Virus record (IMG/VR): IMGVR_UViG_2622736468_000003
Reading direction: 5' to 3' (one strand)
DNA length: 64,000 bases
Source of the DNA: a virus
Taxonomy: Duplodnaviria > Heunggongvirae > Uroviricota > Caudoviricetes
Positions 20,949 to 30,770 of this stretch are shown piece after piece. The notes beneath the pieces are model-generated. The model was not told the origin of the DNA, searched no databases, and saw nothing but the letters and a program-made list of their open reading frames with translations. Each line of letters begins with the position of its first letter. Positions within the stretch are counted from its first letter, which is position 1. A program made the translations under genes and the position numbers.

Positions 20949-21053
20949 ATGTCGGATGATATATCACTGGCAATGGAAGGTGCGCTGGCTGTTATTGCTG
21001 TTGTGGGCGTTTACTGCCTGGTTGTGTTTTTGATGGATCGACTAGGGAACTGA
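20949..21053 (+). CDS. 34-aa hydrophobic peptide (candidate)
   Basis: MSDDISLAMEGALAVIAVVGVYCLVVFLMDRLGN; AGGAGGG SD upstream. Confidence 0.3.
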   Translation: MSDDISLAMEGALAVIAVVGVYCLVVFLMDRLGN

Positions 21054-21298
21054 ATTCATTACGATATGGGAATTCCCATATCGGGTAAAAACGGTTTGCG
21101 GTAAAGCGAGAGTTAAGCAGAATTGCTGCGGGTGCTTGAGGCTGTCTGCCTCGGGCATGCCACCGTAAGGCAGACAGAGAAAAGCCCCAGTTAACATTAC
21201 GCGTCCTGCAAGACGCCTAACATTAATCTGAGGCCAATTTCATGCTAGACACATGTAGGTTAGCCTCTTACGCGCCGAAAGGCAAGGAGAAGCAGGCT

Positions 21299-21454
21299 AT
21301 GAAGCAGCAAAAGGCGATGTTAGTCGCCCTGATCGTCATCTGTATTACCGTCGTAGTGACGGCACTGGTAACGAGGAAAGACCTCTGCGAGGTACGAATC
21401 CGAACCGGTCAGACGGAGGTTGCTGTCTTCACAGCTTACAAACCTGAGGAGTAA
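21299..21454 (+). CDS. hok: Hok/Gef-family type I toxin
   Basis: MKQQKAMLVALIVICITVVVTALVTRKDLCEVRIRTGQTEVAVFTAYKPEE matches the Hok pattern; in-frame upstream leader from 21242; terminator follows. Confidence 0.7.
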   Translation: MKQQKAMLVALIVICITVVVTALVTRKDLCEVRIRTGQTEVAVFTAYKPEE

Positions 21455-21522
21455 GAGACCAGGCGAGGGAGAAATCCCTCGCCACCTCTGATGTGTCAGG
21501 CATCCTCAACGCACCCGCACTT

Positions 21523-21545
21523 AACCCGCTTCGGCGGGTTTTTTC
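21523..21545 (+). terminator. Rho-independent terminator after hok
   Basis: CCCGCTTCGGCGGG hairpin followed by a T-run. Confidence 0.5.
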
Positions 21546-21663
21546 ACGTACTGTGGTTGTGAATACGATTGGTATTAGGCTATGCTAACAACATTAGCCT
21601 GACTAATTTTGTATTGACTTGATTTTTGTTAAAGAACAGGACGGAGAAGTAAGGGTACACCCA

Positions 21664-21843
21664 ATGAGCTACGCACTAAAAAAACACCCGCGATTGACTA
21701 TTCCCCCTCGCGATAAAAGCGTTGTGGCAGCTCCGCGCCCGGCTATCGATGAAAATTGCACTCATCGTGAGCAGGTGAAAAATGCTTTCGATTTCGGTTT
21801 TTCTCGTTACGAGAAGGCAATGGAAGAACTTTCAAAAGTGTAA
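21664..21843 (+). CDS. Small protein upstream of the Doc-like gene (possible antitoxin)
   Basis: 59 aa from ATG 21664; stop 18 nt before the Doc-like start. Confidence 0.4.
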   Translation: MSYALKKHPRLTIPPRDKSVVAAPRPAIDENCTHREQVKNAFDFGFSRYEKAMEELSKV

Positions 21844-21861
21844 TGATGGGTATTGTGCTCT

Positions 21862-22347
21862 ATGGCTGAGATTGTTGAAGGAGTGCACTACCTTTCGTTT
21901 GATGATCTTACCGAAATTAATCGCCTTTTAATTGAGCTTCAAACACCAGATGAACCTGTTAGTGTGCTGAGTGTTGATAATTTAAGTTCTTCTCAGTCTC
22001 GTCCCAGCATGGTTCGATGGTATGAACAGACTAATGACATGTTTGTACTGGCATCAGTATTGATTGAAAGTCTGATTCAGAATCATCCATTTGCTAATGC
22101 AAACAAACGAACAGCTATGATGGCTGGTTATGTCTTCTTGTTGTTGAATGGCTATGAGTTAACAGCACCAGGCGATGAAATCGTGGAAATGGCAGAGGGA
22201 CTGGCCTGCAAAACCTATACTCGAGAAGATCTCGAGAACTGGTTGTGTTATTGGTCTCGTGCGTATGACAGCCGGGAATTATGTAAAACAGGCGCAACTA
22301 TTGTTTTGTATGAAACTATCAAGCTTAAAATAGAACAGCAAAACTAA
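21862..22347 (+). CDS. Fic/Doc-family protein (Doc-like toxin)
   Basis: HPFANANKRTAMMAGYVFLLLNGY matches the Doc-type HxFx(D/N)xNKR motif. Confidence 0.7.
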   Translation: MAEIVEGVHYLSFDDLTEINRLLIELQTPDEPVSVLSVDNLSSSQSRPSMVRWYEQTNDMFVLASVLIESLIQNHPFANANKRTAMMAGYVFLLLNGYELTAPGDEIVEMAEGLACKTYTREDLENWLCYWSRAYDSRELCKTGATIVLYETIKLKIEQQN

Positions 22348-22363
22348 AGGTGCTTCTAATGAA

Positions 22364-22386
22364 AATCCGCTTCGGCGGGTTTTGTT
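22364..22386. terminator. Hairpin terminator between convergent genes
   Basis: CCGCTTCGGCGG hairpin followed by GTTTTGTTG. Confidence 0.45.
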
Positions 22387-22397
22387 GTATTGGAGTA

Positions 22398-22715
22398 TCA
22401 TGATATTACTTGGATCCCGTTTTTCTCTACGACTGAAAGAAGGCGAAGAGCGGCACCTCCCGGCCGTTTTACACCACGTTCCCAGTCTGATATCAGGTTT
22501 TTACTGACGTTGAGGTATCTGGCAAAAACAGGTTGAGACAGATGCTCTCGTTCGCGCAGTGCACGGATCCTTTCCGGAGACATTACCGGCGCTGGCTGGA
22601 GACAAGTTTCATCGAATTCTCGCATAGTCTGTTTCGTTACTGCGCCGATATCATGAAGCGATTCCATCATTTCATGTACGGATGCAAGCGCATCACTGCG
22701 GTAATTTTTACTCAT
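22398..22715 (-). CDS. XRE-family HTH antitoxin (HigA-like)
   Basis: 105 aa with C-terminal HTH; encoded downstream of the toxin, as in higBA. Confidence 0.6.
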   Translation of the reverse strand: MSKNYRSDALASVHEMMESLHDIGAVTKQTMREFDETCLQPAPVMSPERIRALREREHLSQPVFARYLNVSKNLISDWERGVKRPGGAALRLLSVVEKNGIQVIS

Positions 22716-22769
22716 TGGGTACCTCCGTAAACTGACCCTGTAGAATCAGTTGTGCCAGTTGTTCATCTG

Positions 22770-23078
22770 TTAGATTGAGTACGTGAGGAGCCCCTTCCGA
22801 AATGCACTTTCCTCAGTAGCGGTTATATTTTCACGTTCATTTTTTGCGTATGCATATACGAAAAAGGCCCTTGTGCCGACGCGATAGAAAATGATTGTGC
22901 GATAACCGCCAGATTTGCCGCCACCGACTCGTGGCAGACGTTGCTTGATAACGCCGTTACCCAGGTTTGCTGAGATAAGCCCGTTATCAGCCTGTTTAAC
23001 AATTTCGCGCAGTGACTGGTCGGATATTTTGTTTTTGTGTGCAAATCGCTCAAACCAGGCGTTTTTAAAAATGCGCAT
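22770..23078 (-). CDS. RelE/ParE-superfamily toxin (HigB-like)
   Basis: 102 aa; GGGKSGGYRTIIFYR...FFVYAYAKNE resembles RelE-like killer proteins. Confidence 0.55.
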   Translation of the reverse strand: MRIFKNAWFERFAHKNKISDQSLREIVKQADNGLISANLGNGVIKQRLPRVGGGKSGGYRTIIFYRVGTRAFFVYAYAKNERENITATEESAFRKGLLTYSI

Positions 23079-23203
23079 TTTTTTGTTCCGTTATTAATGT
23101 ATAACACATAGTATTACATTGCGTAGGGATCTGCAATGCCATCAGTTTGACAACGTCGCGTATCCGGGATTATATTCATCGCACGCCAGCAAAATCTGGC
23201 GTC

Positions 23204-23382
23204 GGGATTAGGAACCCCGGATAGAAACCGCGACAGAGACACGCCGCGAGCGTGTTTTTTATTGTCGTATGCACACGCACATCTGAATTATGGTGGGGCG
23301 TATAGGGGAGCTGAAAAGCTCGCCGGTTGGTTTCCCGGTAGTTCCTAACCCTGTACGTCTCGCCACCCGATGATTAGGAACC
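23204..23382. promoter_or_regulatory. Three copies of a GGATTAGGAACC-like motif upstream of the ORF6N gene
   Basis: Direct copies at 23204-23218 and 23372-23382, inverted copy at 23341-23350; hairpin plus T-run at 23238-23262. Confidence 0.3.
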
Positions 23383-23423
23383 TGACGGTGGTGATAGTTT
23401 AGAAACCACTCGAGGGCGTCATT

Positions 23424-24095
23424 ATGACAACTCAAGTTTCTGTTGAAACACTCTCCACGATTACTTACAAGCAGATCCCCGTTATCACTACCGAACTTTT
23501 GGCGCACCTTTACGGCACAGAAGCTATTCGTATTCGCCAGAATCACCACGAAAACAAAGGTCGTTTCATTGAGGAAAAACACTTCTTCAAACTTGAAGGT
23601 GAAACTTTACGTGAGTTCAAGCACAGAGTAGCTTTTAACTACTCTGTGAAAATTGCCCGTAACGTTCGCTCCCTCATCCTATGGACAGAACGCGGCGCAG
23701 CCCGTCACGCAAAAATGCTCGAAACTGATCAGGCGTGGGAGGTATTCGAAAAACTGGAAGACTGCTATTTCAGCCAGGGAAAAACAGCACCAACCGAACA
23801 GCAGCCGCAGATTCAGCCACAATTCACAGCCGAAGAAATCATCCTCCTTTGCTACATGCAGCTCTGGATGGAAAAAGCCCAGGACCTCAGCAAACACCTG
23901 TATCCCATTATGAAAGAGCTGAACTCCTCATACACGAACAAGCTGTATGACATTGCGTTTGAGACCATCTACATGGTGACGAAGAACAGAGACGCGCTAC
24001 TAAGGGAGGTAACACGTCTCGACATGTCAAGTTCCATTATCCAGCGGGCCATGCCAATGCTGAAAAGCCTGCGGGCAAGACAATTTGAATTCTGA
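23424..24095 (+). CDS. ORF6N/KilA-N-like domain protein
   Basis: N-terminal ELLAHLYGTEAIRIRQNHHENKGRFIEEKHFFKLEGE...LILWTERGAARHAK. Confidence 0.55.
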   Translation: MTTQVSVETLSTITYKQIPVITTELLAHLYGTEAIRIRQNHHENKGRFIEEKHFFKLEGETLREFKHRVAFNYSVKIARNVRSLILWTERGAARHAKMLETDQAWEVFEKLEDCYFSQGKTAPTEQQPQIQPQFTAEEIILLCYMQLWMEKAQDLSKHLYPIMKELNSSYTNKLYDIAFETIYMVTKNRDALLREVTRLDMSSSIIQRAMPMLKSLRARQFEF

Positions 24096-24098
24096 AAC

Positions 24099-24123
24099 TA
24101 AAGGAGCTTCGGCTCCTTTTTTG
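24099..24123 (+). terminator. Rho-independent terminator
   Basis: AAGGAGCTTCGGCTCCTT hairpin followed by TTTTTG. Confidence 0.5.
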
Positions 24124-24149
24124 TTGGGAAAATCCAGTGAGAGGGAATA

Positions 24150-24560
24150 ATGAACCAGACTATCTTCCTCCGAAGTAAGCAGCAGCAACAATTTGCCATT
24201 AACGCCATCCTTGCAACAACTCTCGATAAAGACAAACCCGTTACGATCCGCATCACCGATTACAAGCGGAATCTCGATCAAAATGCCAAATTTCACGCGA
24301 TGGTCGCTGATATCTCCCGACAGGTTCAGTGGTGCGGCAGATGGCTAAAACCAGAACAGTGGAAAGTTTGGTTAATCAGCGGTCATGCCGTGGCTACAAA
24401 ACAGGAAGCTGATGTTTTGCCAGGTCTTGAAGGTGAATACGTCAATATCCGCGAAAGCAGTGCGCAGATGAGCGTGAAGCGTATGGCAAGCCTGATTGAG
24501 TACACAACTTCCTGGGCTGTGGAGCAGGGTGTCAGATTTACCGACAGGAGGTATGAATGA
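24150..24560 (+). CDS. ninB: NinB recombination protein
   Basis: 136 aa resembling recalled lambda NinB (RSLDQN...SRQVEWHGRWL). Confidence 0.8.
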   Translation: MNQTIFLRSKQQQQFAINAILATTLDKDKPVTIRITDYKRNLDQNAKFHAMVADISRQVQWCGRWLKPEQWKVWLISGHAVATKQEADVLPGLEGEYVNIRESSAQMSVKRMASLIEYTTSWAVEQGVRFTDRRYE

Positions 24561-24748
24561 GACGACAGCGACGAAGCATTACCGATATAGTCTGTGAAAA
24601 CTGCAATTACCTTCCAACGAAACGCTCCCGAAATAAACCCAGGCCAATCCCCAACGAATCTGATGTAAAAACCTTCAATTATACGTCTCACCTGTGGGAT
24701 GTCCGGTGGCTCAGACGTCGTGCAAGATTTAATAGTCACTCCGGATAG
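24557..24748 (+). CDS. Small basic nin-region protein (NinE-like)
   Basis: 63 aa with CENCNY cysteine pair; position between ninB and ybcO-like. Confidence 0.45.
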   Translation: MRRQRRSITDIVCENCNYLPTKRSRNKPRPIPNESDVKTFNYTSHLWDVRWLRRRARFNSHSG

Positions 24749-24768
24749 TTCAATGTACGAGGAATAAG

Positions 24769-25062
24769 ATGATGGCAAACCTACGCAAAGAAGCGCGTGG
24801 CAGAGAATGTCAGGTACGGATTTACGGCGTATGCAATGGCAATCCTGAAACTACAGTTTTGGCGCATTACCGAATAGCTGGAATTTGCGGAACGGGAATG
24901 AAGCCAGATGACCTGTTGGCTGCATGGGCCTGTAGTGACTGCCATAATGAAATCGATCGCCGTACTCGCATTCTCGACAACAACGACGCCAGACTTTACC
25001 ACCTGGAAGGCGTGATCAGGACGCAGGCGATATTGCTGAAGGAGGGGAAGATTAAGTCATGA
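24769..25062 (+). CDS. DUF1364 protein (YbcO-like putative nuclease)
   Basis: 97 aa resembling recalled YbcO (RKAARGRECQVRIPGVCNGNPETSVLAH). Confidence 0.6.
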   Translation: MMANLRKEARGRECQVRIYGVCNGNPETTVLAHYRIAGICGTGMKPDDLLAAWACSDCHNEIDRRTRILDNNDARLYHLEGVIRTQAILLKEGKIKS

Positions 25063-25421
25063 ATGAATATGAGTTTGTGCTTCCCTGGCCGCCGACGGTG
25101 AATACCTACTGGCGAAGACGGGGAAGCCAGTACTACATCAGCGATAAAGGCCAGAAATACCGAAAAGACGTACAGCAAATCATCCGGCAACTCAGATTAG
25201 ACATTTTCACTAAATCACGACTTCGCATCACAATTATTGCTGAACCACCAGATTCCCGCCGTCGCGACCTCGATAACATCCTGAAAGGTTTACTCGACTC
25301 TCTTATCCACGCCGGATTTGCGGAAGACGACGAGCAATTCGATGACATTCGCGTAATTCGTGGCGTGAAAGTACCAGGCGGAAGGCTTGGAATAAAAATC
25401 ACCGAACTGGAGAACATTTGA
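25059..25421 (+). CDS. rusA: RusA Holliday-junction resolvase
   Basis: 120 aa; start WPPTVNTYW and catalytic RRRDLDN typical of RusA. Confidence 0.8.
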   Translation: MNEYEFVLPWPPTVNTYWRRRGSQYYISDKGQKYRKDVQQIIRQLRLDIFTKSRLRITIIAEPPDSRRRDLDNILKGLLDSLIHAGFAEDDEQFDDIRVIRGVKVPGGRLGIKITELENI

Positions 25422-25615
25422 TGAATGCTAAAATTCAAACGATACCTGAATTACTGATCTGCACCAGGGGAAATCAGACAGAAGTCGCCAGAATACTGAA
25501 CTGCAATCGTGCCACAGTCAGAAAATACATTGATGATAAAGATGCGAAAAAGCACGCCGTCGTCAATGGCGTCCTTATGGTTCATCGCGGATGGGGTAAA
25601 GATACTGATGCGTGA
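25418..25615 (+). CDS. ninH: NinH-like protein
   Basis: 65 aa; [25 protein letters not shown] and VLMVHRGW resemble recalled lambda NinH. Confidence 0.7.
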   Translation: MMNAKIQTIPELLICTRGNQTEVARILNCNRATVRKYIDDKDAKKHAVVNGVLMVHRGWGKDTDA

Positions 25616-25988
25616 TATCCGGCAGGTTCTTGAGCGCTGGGGGGCATGGGCGGCAAATAACTATGAGGATGTTACATGGTCGCCCATTGCTGCCGGATTT
25701 AAGAGGCTGATCCCCGAAAAAGTAAAATCACGTCCACAGTGTTGTGACGATGACGCGATGATTATATGCGGGTGCATGGCTCGCCTTAACAGGAACAACA
25801 GCGATCTGCATGACTTGCTGGTGGATTACTACGTGTTGGGGGAGACGTTCATGGCGCTGGCCCGTAAGCATGGATGCTCTGATGGAACTATCGGTAAAAA
25901 ATTACAGAAAGCGGAGGGCGTGGTTGAAGGGATGTTAATGTTACTTGGTGTCAGACTGGAAATGGACCGATATGCGCAACGCCTCTGA
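25608..25988 (+). CDS. Q: Q late antiterminator (phage 21/933W type)
   Basis: 126 aa from ATG 25608; [17 protein letters not shown] zinc motif; sits between the nin genes and the lysis region. Confidence 0.75.
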   Translation: MRDIRQVLERWGAWAANNYEDVTWSPIAAGFKRLIPEKVKSRPQCCDDDAMIICGCMARLNRNNSDLHDLLVDYYVLGETFMALARKHGCSDGTIGKKLQKAEGVVEGMLMLLGVRLEMDRYAQRL

Positions 25989-26119
25989 CAGGAGGCGTTT
26001 GCCGTTCACTATGTGAAGTGTGTCAATTTGTGAGCGTTATGCTGTTTACTTTATAGTACAGGGACGTAAGAGTTATCTACCTGTTAATAACATATATACA
26101 ACAATGAACAGGGGGCAAA

Positions 26120-26713
26120 ATGGACATTGAAGATTTTCTGGAGGCGGAAGACAATGATCTGTCTCTGTGGAATGATGATATTTTAAGCATTGACTGGTTC
26201 GTTATCCTCAAAGAGCTTTTGAAATACCAGAACAGGTTAAAGTTAAACTATTCAGAATTACTTCTGCTGGCTAATTTTGTTTCATTTCACCAGGACGTAG
26301 ATTCGCAAACATTACCATCAATATCTCTTTTTGCCACCAGAATGCGTGCATCTCGTGCCATTATAGAAGAAGGCTTTCAACGCCTGGAGGAGAAAGGGAT
26401 GTTGCAGAAGATAAGTTATGCTCAAATCGGTCATGATTATGATTTGCGGAACGTTTATGACATCAAGCCATTAATTCGTAAGTTAATTGAGGTGCTGAAA
26501 ACCGAGTATGATAAAAAGCACACTTGCCCCCTCTGCGGCAAAATAGCTGTCTCTGATGAGGAAATTGAGAAAAAATTCGGATTCAGAATTTGCGGGAATA
26601 AGAAAAGGCCGCAAAGCTGGTGCCGTTCATGCAGAAGCACGAAACAACGCAGACTGAATTCATCGCTAATTGGCAAAAAAAAGCCCCGAAAATCTCCGCC
26701 CGAGGTGGTGTGA
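26120..26713 (+). CDS. Hypothetical protein, AT-rich moron downstream of Q
   Basis: 197 aa; C-terminal CPLCGK...CRSCRS zinc-ribbon-like and basic tail. Confidence 0.5.
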   Translation: MDIEDFLEAEDNDLSLWNDDILSIDWFVILKELLKYQNRLKLNYSELLLLANFVSFHQDVDSQTLPSISLFATRMRASRAIIEEGFQRLEEKGMLQKISYAQIGHDYDLRNVYDIKPLIRKLIEVLKTEYDKKHTCPLCGKIAVSDEEIEKKFGFRICGNKKRPQSWCRSCRSTKQRRLNSSLIGKKKPRKSPPEVV

Positions 26714-26825
26714 AGCGTCGCGGAACCCCGGATTCCACTCACGATTGAACGAGGTGCTAAAAAGTATTTTACGTACGTAAAAATCTGCATATCATGATAA
26801 GAGTGGTTACATTGCCACGCTGCTT

Positions 26826-26852
26826 AACCCGCCGATGCGCGGGTTTTTTTGT
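26826..26852 (+). terminator. Rho-independent terminator
   Basis: CCGCCGATGCGCGG hairpin followed by a run of seven T. Confidence 0.45.
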
Positions 26853-27030
26853 ACCCAGAATCCTGTGAGCTATACGGAAAGTACACAGAAAGGAAGGTAC
26901 GACCGCAATTAATAACAAAATCTTAAAAATCTCATATGGCACTATTAGTTTTCTAAATATTGTATATTTTAAGTATTGCAGGATAACCCTGTAACGAAGT
27001 TTGCGTAACAGCATTTTGCTCTACGAGTTT

Positions 27031-27061
27031 GCCAGCCTCCCCTGGTGGCTGGCTTTTTTTG
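27031..27061 (+). terminator. Rho-independent terminator
   Basis: GCCAGCC...GGCTGGC hairpin followed by a T-run. Confidence 0.4.
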
Positions 27062-27545
27062 TATCCGTTCAACGGGAATGTTACATACCTCACAATTAAG
27101 TCAGTTGAATGTTGTCTGCCCGGATGAGAATTTGTTAGAAAAAACTGCATGGTGAATCCCCCTGAGCGGAGGGGCGACTGGTGACGGTATAATCTCTGAT
27201 TATCAAAACGAGAATGACGCGGGTTTAGTGGCACCGGGCTGAACTCACCGGGAGGCACCCGGCACCATGCAATGGCACATAGCGCCACTCTCCAGCCCCT
27301 CTCCGGAGGGGCTTTCTTATGGACAAAAAAGCCCGCGCTGGGAGACGCGGGCGGCAAGGAATAAACAATGAAACGTGAAGTAATATTTCAGCTGGCGAAT
27401 AATACCCCATAGTAATCACTCTGCGCAACTGCGCGACCTTTTTCGAATTGCGGGCTGTAGTCTCCCTTCTGCCATTGTCCTGTAACTTCCGGACTTCAGC
27501 CCGCTCCTTATTTTACTCACAATATTATCCCGGCCGGGAGGATTC

Positions 27546-29109
27546 ATGGCATTTAAACACTATGATGTTGTCAGGGCGGCGTCGCCGTCAGACCTTGCGA
27601 AACGAATAACTCAAAAACTGAAGGAAGGGTGGCAGCCTTATGGTAGTGCGCTGATTTCGACAGCTGGTTATGGTGCGGAGTTCATCCAGCCAGTTGTGAG
27701 TGAGGGGAGCATCTCATCACCAGAGGAGCCAGGCAACCGTCCGACGACCTCAGCGCCTTCTGTTGCGCCAGAATATTACTATGTGATCGCGCTTGCTGGT
27801 CAGTCCAATGGTATGTCATACGGTGAGGGACTGCCATTACCGGATACATTCGACAGCCCTGATCCACGTATTAAACAGTTAGCGCGTCGCAGTACGGTGA
27901 CACCGGGCGGTGCAGCATGCAAATATAACGACATCATTCCGGCGGACCATTGTCTGCATGATGTGCAGGACATGAGCCGTCTTAACCATCCGAAAGCGGA
28001 CCTGTCAAAGGGGCAGTACGGAACCGTGGGGCAGGGGCTGCATATCGCCAAAAAACTGCTGCCGTTTATACCGGCGAATGCGGGCATTCTGCTGGTTCCG
28101 TGCTGTCGTGGTGGTTCAGCGTTCACCACCGGAGCTGATGGCACATACAGTGACGCGAGTGGCGCCTCGGAGAATTCAACCCGCTGGGGTGTGGACAAGC
28201 CGCTGTATAAGGACCTTATCGGTCGAACAAAAGCGGCACTGGAGAAGAACCCGAAAAATGTGCTGTTTGCCGTGGTGTGGATGCAGGGGGAATTTGATTT
28301 TGGCGGTACGCCGGCAAATCATGCCGCACAGTTTGGTGCGCTGGTTGATAAATTCCGTGCAGACCTGGCGGATATGGCAGGCCAGTGCGTCGGTGGCTCT
28401 GCTGGCGGTGTTCCCTGGATATGCGGGGACACGACGTATTTCTGGAAGCAGAAGAACGAATCCACGTACCAGACGGTGTACGGCAGCTATAAAAATAAAA
28501 CGGAAAAGAATATCCATTTCGTACCGTTCATGACCGATGAGAACGGGGTGAATGTGCCGACGAACAAACCGGAAGAAGACCCGGACATTCCGGGTATCGG
28601 TTATTACGGTTCGAAATGGCGTGACAGCTCAGCCACCTGGACGTCACAGGACAGGGCGAGCCATTTCAGTTCATGGGCTCGCCGTGGGATTATTTCCGAC
28701 CGTCTGGCAACGGCGATTCTGAGCTGCGCGGGTAAGTCTTCTGCGTTTGTTAATGGTACTGCCGGGGTGGTTGTTCCAGACAGACCGGTTACCACCTCAG
28801 AGTCTGTAATTTTTTACGATGCCAAAAAAGCTACAGACAATCAGCTGAAACCCTATGGCTGGGACGGTGTGTATGGCAGGCGCACACTGGTTGATGACAG
28901 CGGCAATAAAGCTCTGCGAATTGAGAAAAATAACAGCGCGAAATCCTGGTCAATGTACTGTGATATTGCTGCAGACAAGGCAAAACTTTTACTGGAAAAA
29001 GGCGGGGAAATTGCTGTCCGGTTTAAAATCCCCGAAAACGTCAATCTTGAGACAACCAGAAACAAGTATGCCTTTGGTTTGTACTGGCGAATAGCGGAAT
29101 GGCCGGGTG
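27546..29109 (+). pseudogene. nanS: Prophage sialate O-acetylesterase (NanS-p type), 5' part, split by IS629
   Basis: N-terminal MAFKHYDVVRAASPSDLAKRITQKLKEGWQPYG domain followed by a SASA-type esterase core; ORF ends in IS-derived codons. Confidence 0.75.
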
Positions 29110-29163
29110 TGAACCGCCCCGGGAATCCTGGAGACTAAACTTCCTGAGAAAGAGGTAAACAGG

Positions 29164-29490
29164 ATGACTAAAAATACTCGTTTTTCCCCCGAAGTCCGTC
29201 AACGGGCAGTCCGTATGGTTCTGGAAAGTCAGAGCGAATATGACTCACAATGGGCGACAATTTGTTCCATTGCTCCAAAGATTGGCTGTACGCCGGAGAC
29301 TCTGCGTGTCTGGGTTCGCCAGCATGAGCGGGATACCGGGGGCGGTGATGGAGGGCTCACCACCGCTGAACGTCAGCGTCTGAAAGAGCTGGAGCGTGAA
29401 AATCGTGAACTGCGCCGCAGTAACGATATCCTTCGCCAGGCTTCCGCTTATTTTGCGAAGGCGGAGTTCGACCGCCTCTGGAAAAAATGA
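29164..29490 (+). CDS. IS629 transposase OrfA
   Basis: Identical to the copy-1 OrfA. Confidence 0.9.
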   Translation: MTKNTRFSPEVRQRAVRMVLESQSEYDSQWATICSIAPKIGCTPETLRVWVRQHERDTGGGDGGLTTAERQRLKELERENRELRRSNDILRQASAYFAKAEFDRLWKK

Positions 29491-30377
29491 TGCCACTGCT
29501 GGATAAGCTGCGTGAGCAGTACGGGGTCGGACCGCTATGCAGCGAACTGCATATTGCCCCGTCAACGTATTACCACTGTCAGCAACAGCGACATCATCCG
29601 GATAAACGCAGTGCCCGTGCGCAGCGCGATGACTGGCTGAAGAAAGAGATACAGCGCGTATACGATGAAAATCACAAGGTATACGGTGTGCGTAAAGTCT
29701 GGCGTCAGTTGTTACGGGAAGGTATCAGAGTGGCCAGATGCACTGTGGCACGTCTCATGGCGGTTATGGGACTTGCCGGTGTTCTCCGGGGTAAAAAGGT
29801 CCGTACGACCATCAGCCGGAAAGCCGTTGCCGCAGGCGACCGCGTAAACCGTCAGTTCGTGGCAGAACGACCTGACCAGCTGTGGGTGGCTGATTTTACT
29901 TACGTCAGCACATGGCAGGGCTTCGTCTATGTGGCGTTCATCATTGATGTGTTTGCCGGATACATCGTGGGGTGGCGGGTCTCATCGTCCATGGAAACGA
30001 CATTCGTGCTGGATGCACTGGAGCAGGCGTTATGGGCCCGTCGACCGTCCGGCACGGTCCATCACAGTGATAAAGGTTCTCAGTATGTATCGCTGGCCTA
30101 CACACAGCGGCTTAAGGAAGCCGGATTACTGGCATCAACAGGAAGTACAGGCGACTCGTATGACAACGCGATGGCGGAGAGCATCAATGGTCTTTACAAA
30201 GCGGAGGTAATACACCGTAAGAGCTGGAAAAACCGGACAGAAGTGGAGCTGGCCACACTCACGTGGGTGGACTGGTATAACAATCGACGATTGCTGGAAA
30301 GGCTGGGCCATACTCCTCCGGCAGAAGCAGAAAAAGCTTATTATGCTTCCATCGGAAACGATGATCTGGCAGCCTGA
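29487..30377 (+). CDS. IS629 transposase OrfB
   Basis: Identical to the copy-1 OrfB. Confidence 0.9.
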   Translation: MMPLLDKLREQYGVGPLCSELHIAPSTYYHCQQQRHHPDKRSARAQRDDWLKKEIQRVYDENHKVYGVRKVWRQLLREGIRVARCTVARLMAVMGLAGVLRGKKVRTTISRKAVAAGDRVNRQFVAERPDQLWVADFTYVSTWQGFVYVAFIIDVFAGYIVGWRVSSSMETTFVLDALEQALWARRPSGTVHHSDKGSQYVSLAYTQRLKEAGLLASTGSTGDSYDNAMAESINGLYKAEVIHRKSWKNRTEVELATLTWVDWYNNRRLLERLGHTPPAEAEKAYYASIGNDDLAA

Positions 30378-30419
30378 GTTCACAGATAAAACACTCTCCA
30401 GGAAACCCGGGGCGGTTCA

Positions 30420-30770
30420 GGTGAGGGTGGTGAAGGCCATCTGAGTTCTTTCTTTGTCCAGACAGATAAAGCCAGTATTAATGTTGCATACCATCATACA
30501 GTTAATCAACAAAAAGAACTTGGCACGTTTGGCGCATTCGACCATGACTGGCATACGCTTGCATTTAAATTTAAGGGCAGTAACAGCATTAATGTTACTC
30601 CGGTGCTCGATGGTGTGGATGGACAGGCGTTTGACCTGGTGAAATGGGCCAATACTGCTAATGGACTCAACAGGTTTGTCATTACGGATATTACAGGTAG
30701 TGCAGAAACCTACCCTGTACTTATTGATACGGTGGAAGTTAAAGCAAACAAAGCTGGAGCAGCCGCATAA
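30420..30770 (+). pseudogene. nanS: NanS-p-type esterase, 3' part
   Basis: After removing the IS and one GGTG copy, the frame continues 116 codons (…EGGEGHLSSFFVQTDKAS…) to TAA at 30768-30770. Confidence 0.7.

Larger units (their letters stand above)
29110..30419 (+). mobile_element. IS629 (IS3 family), copy 2, 1310 bp
   Basis: Same inverted repeats and ORFs as copy 1; 4-bp direct repeat GGTG at 29106-29109 and 30420-30423. Confidence 0.9.

Noticed and set aside
22533-22730. 65-aa plus-strand ORF overlapping the HTH antitoxin gene
   Set aside because: Antisense to a gene with a clear HTH domain and toxin partner; no start context.
26769-27428. Minus-strand ORFs (81, 134 and 67 aa) in the Q to nanS-p intergenic region
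   Set aside because: No ribosome-binding sites; Pro/Arg-rich low-complexity translations overlapping hairpins.
25988-27545. Shiga toxin genes and tRNA genes downstream of Q
   Set aside because: No ORFs resembling stx A or B subunits and no tRNA-like T-loop or cloverleaf motifs were seen; the interval holds an unrelated ORF and hairpins only.
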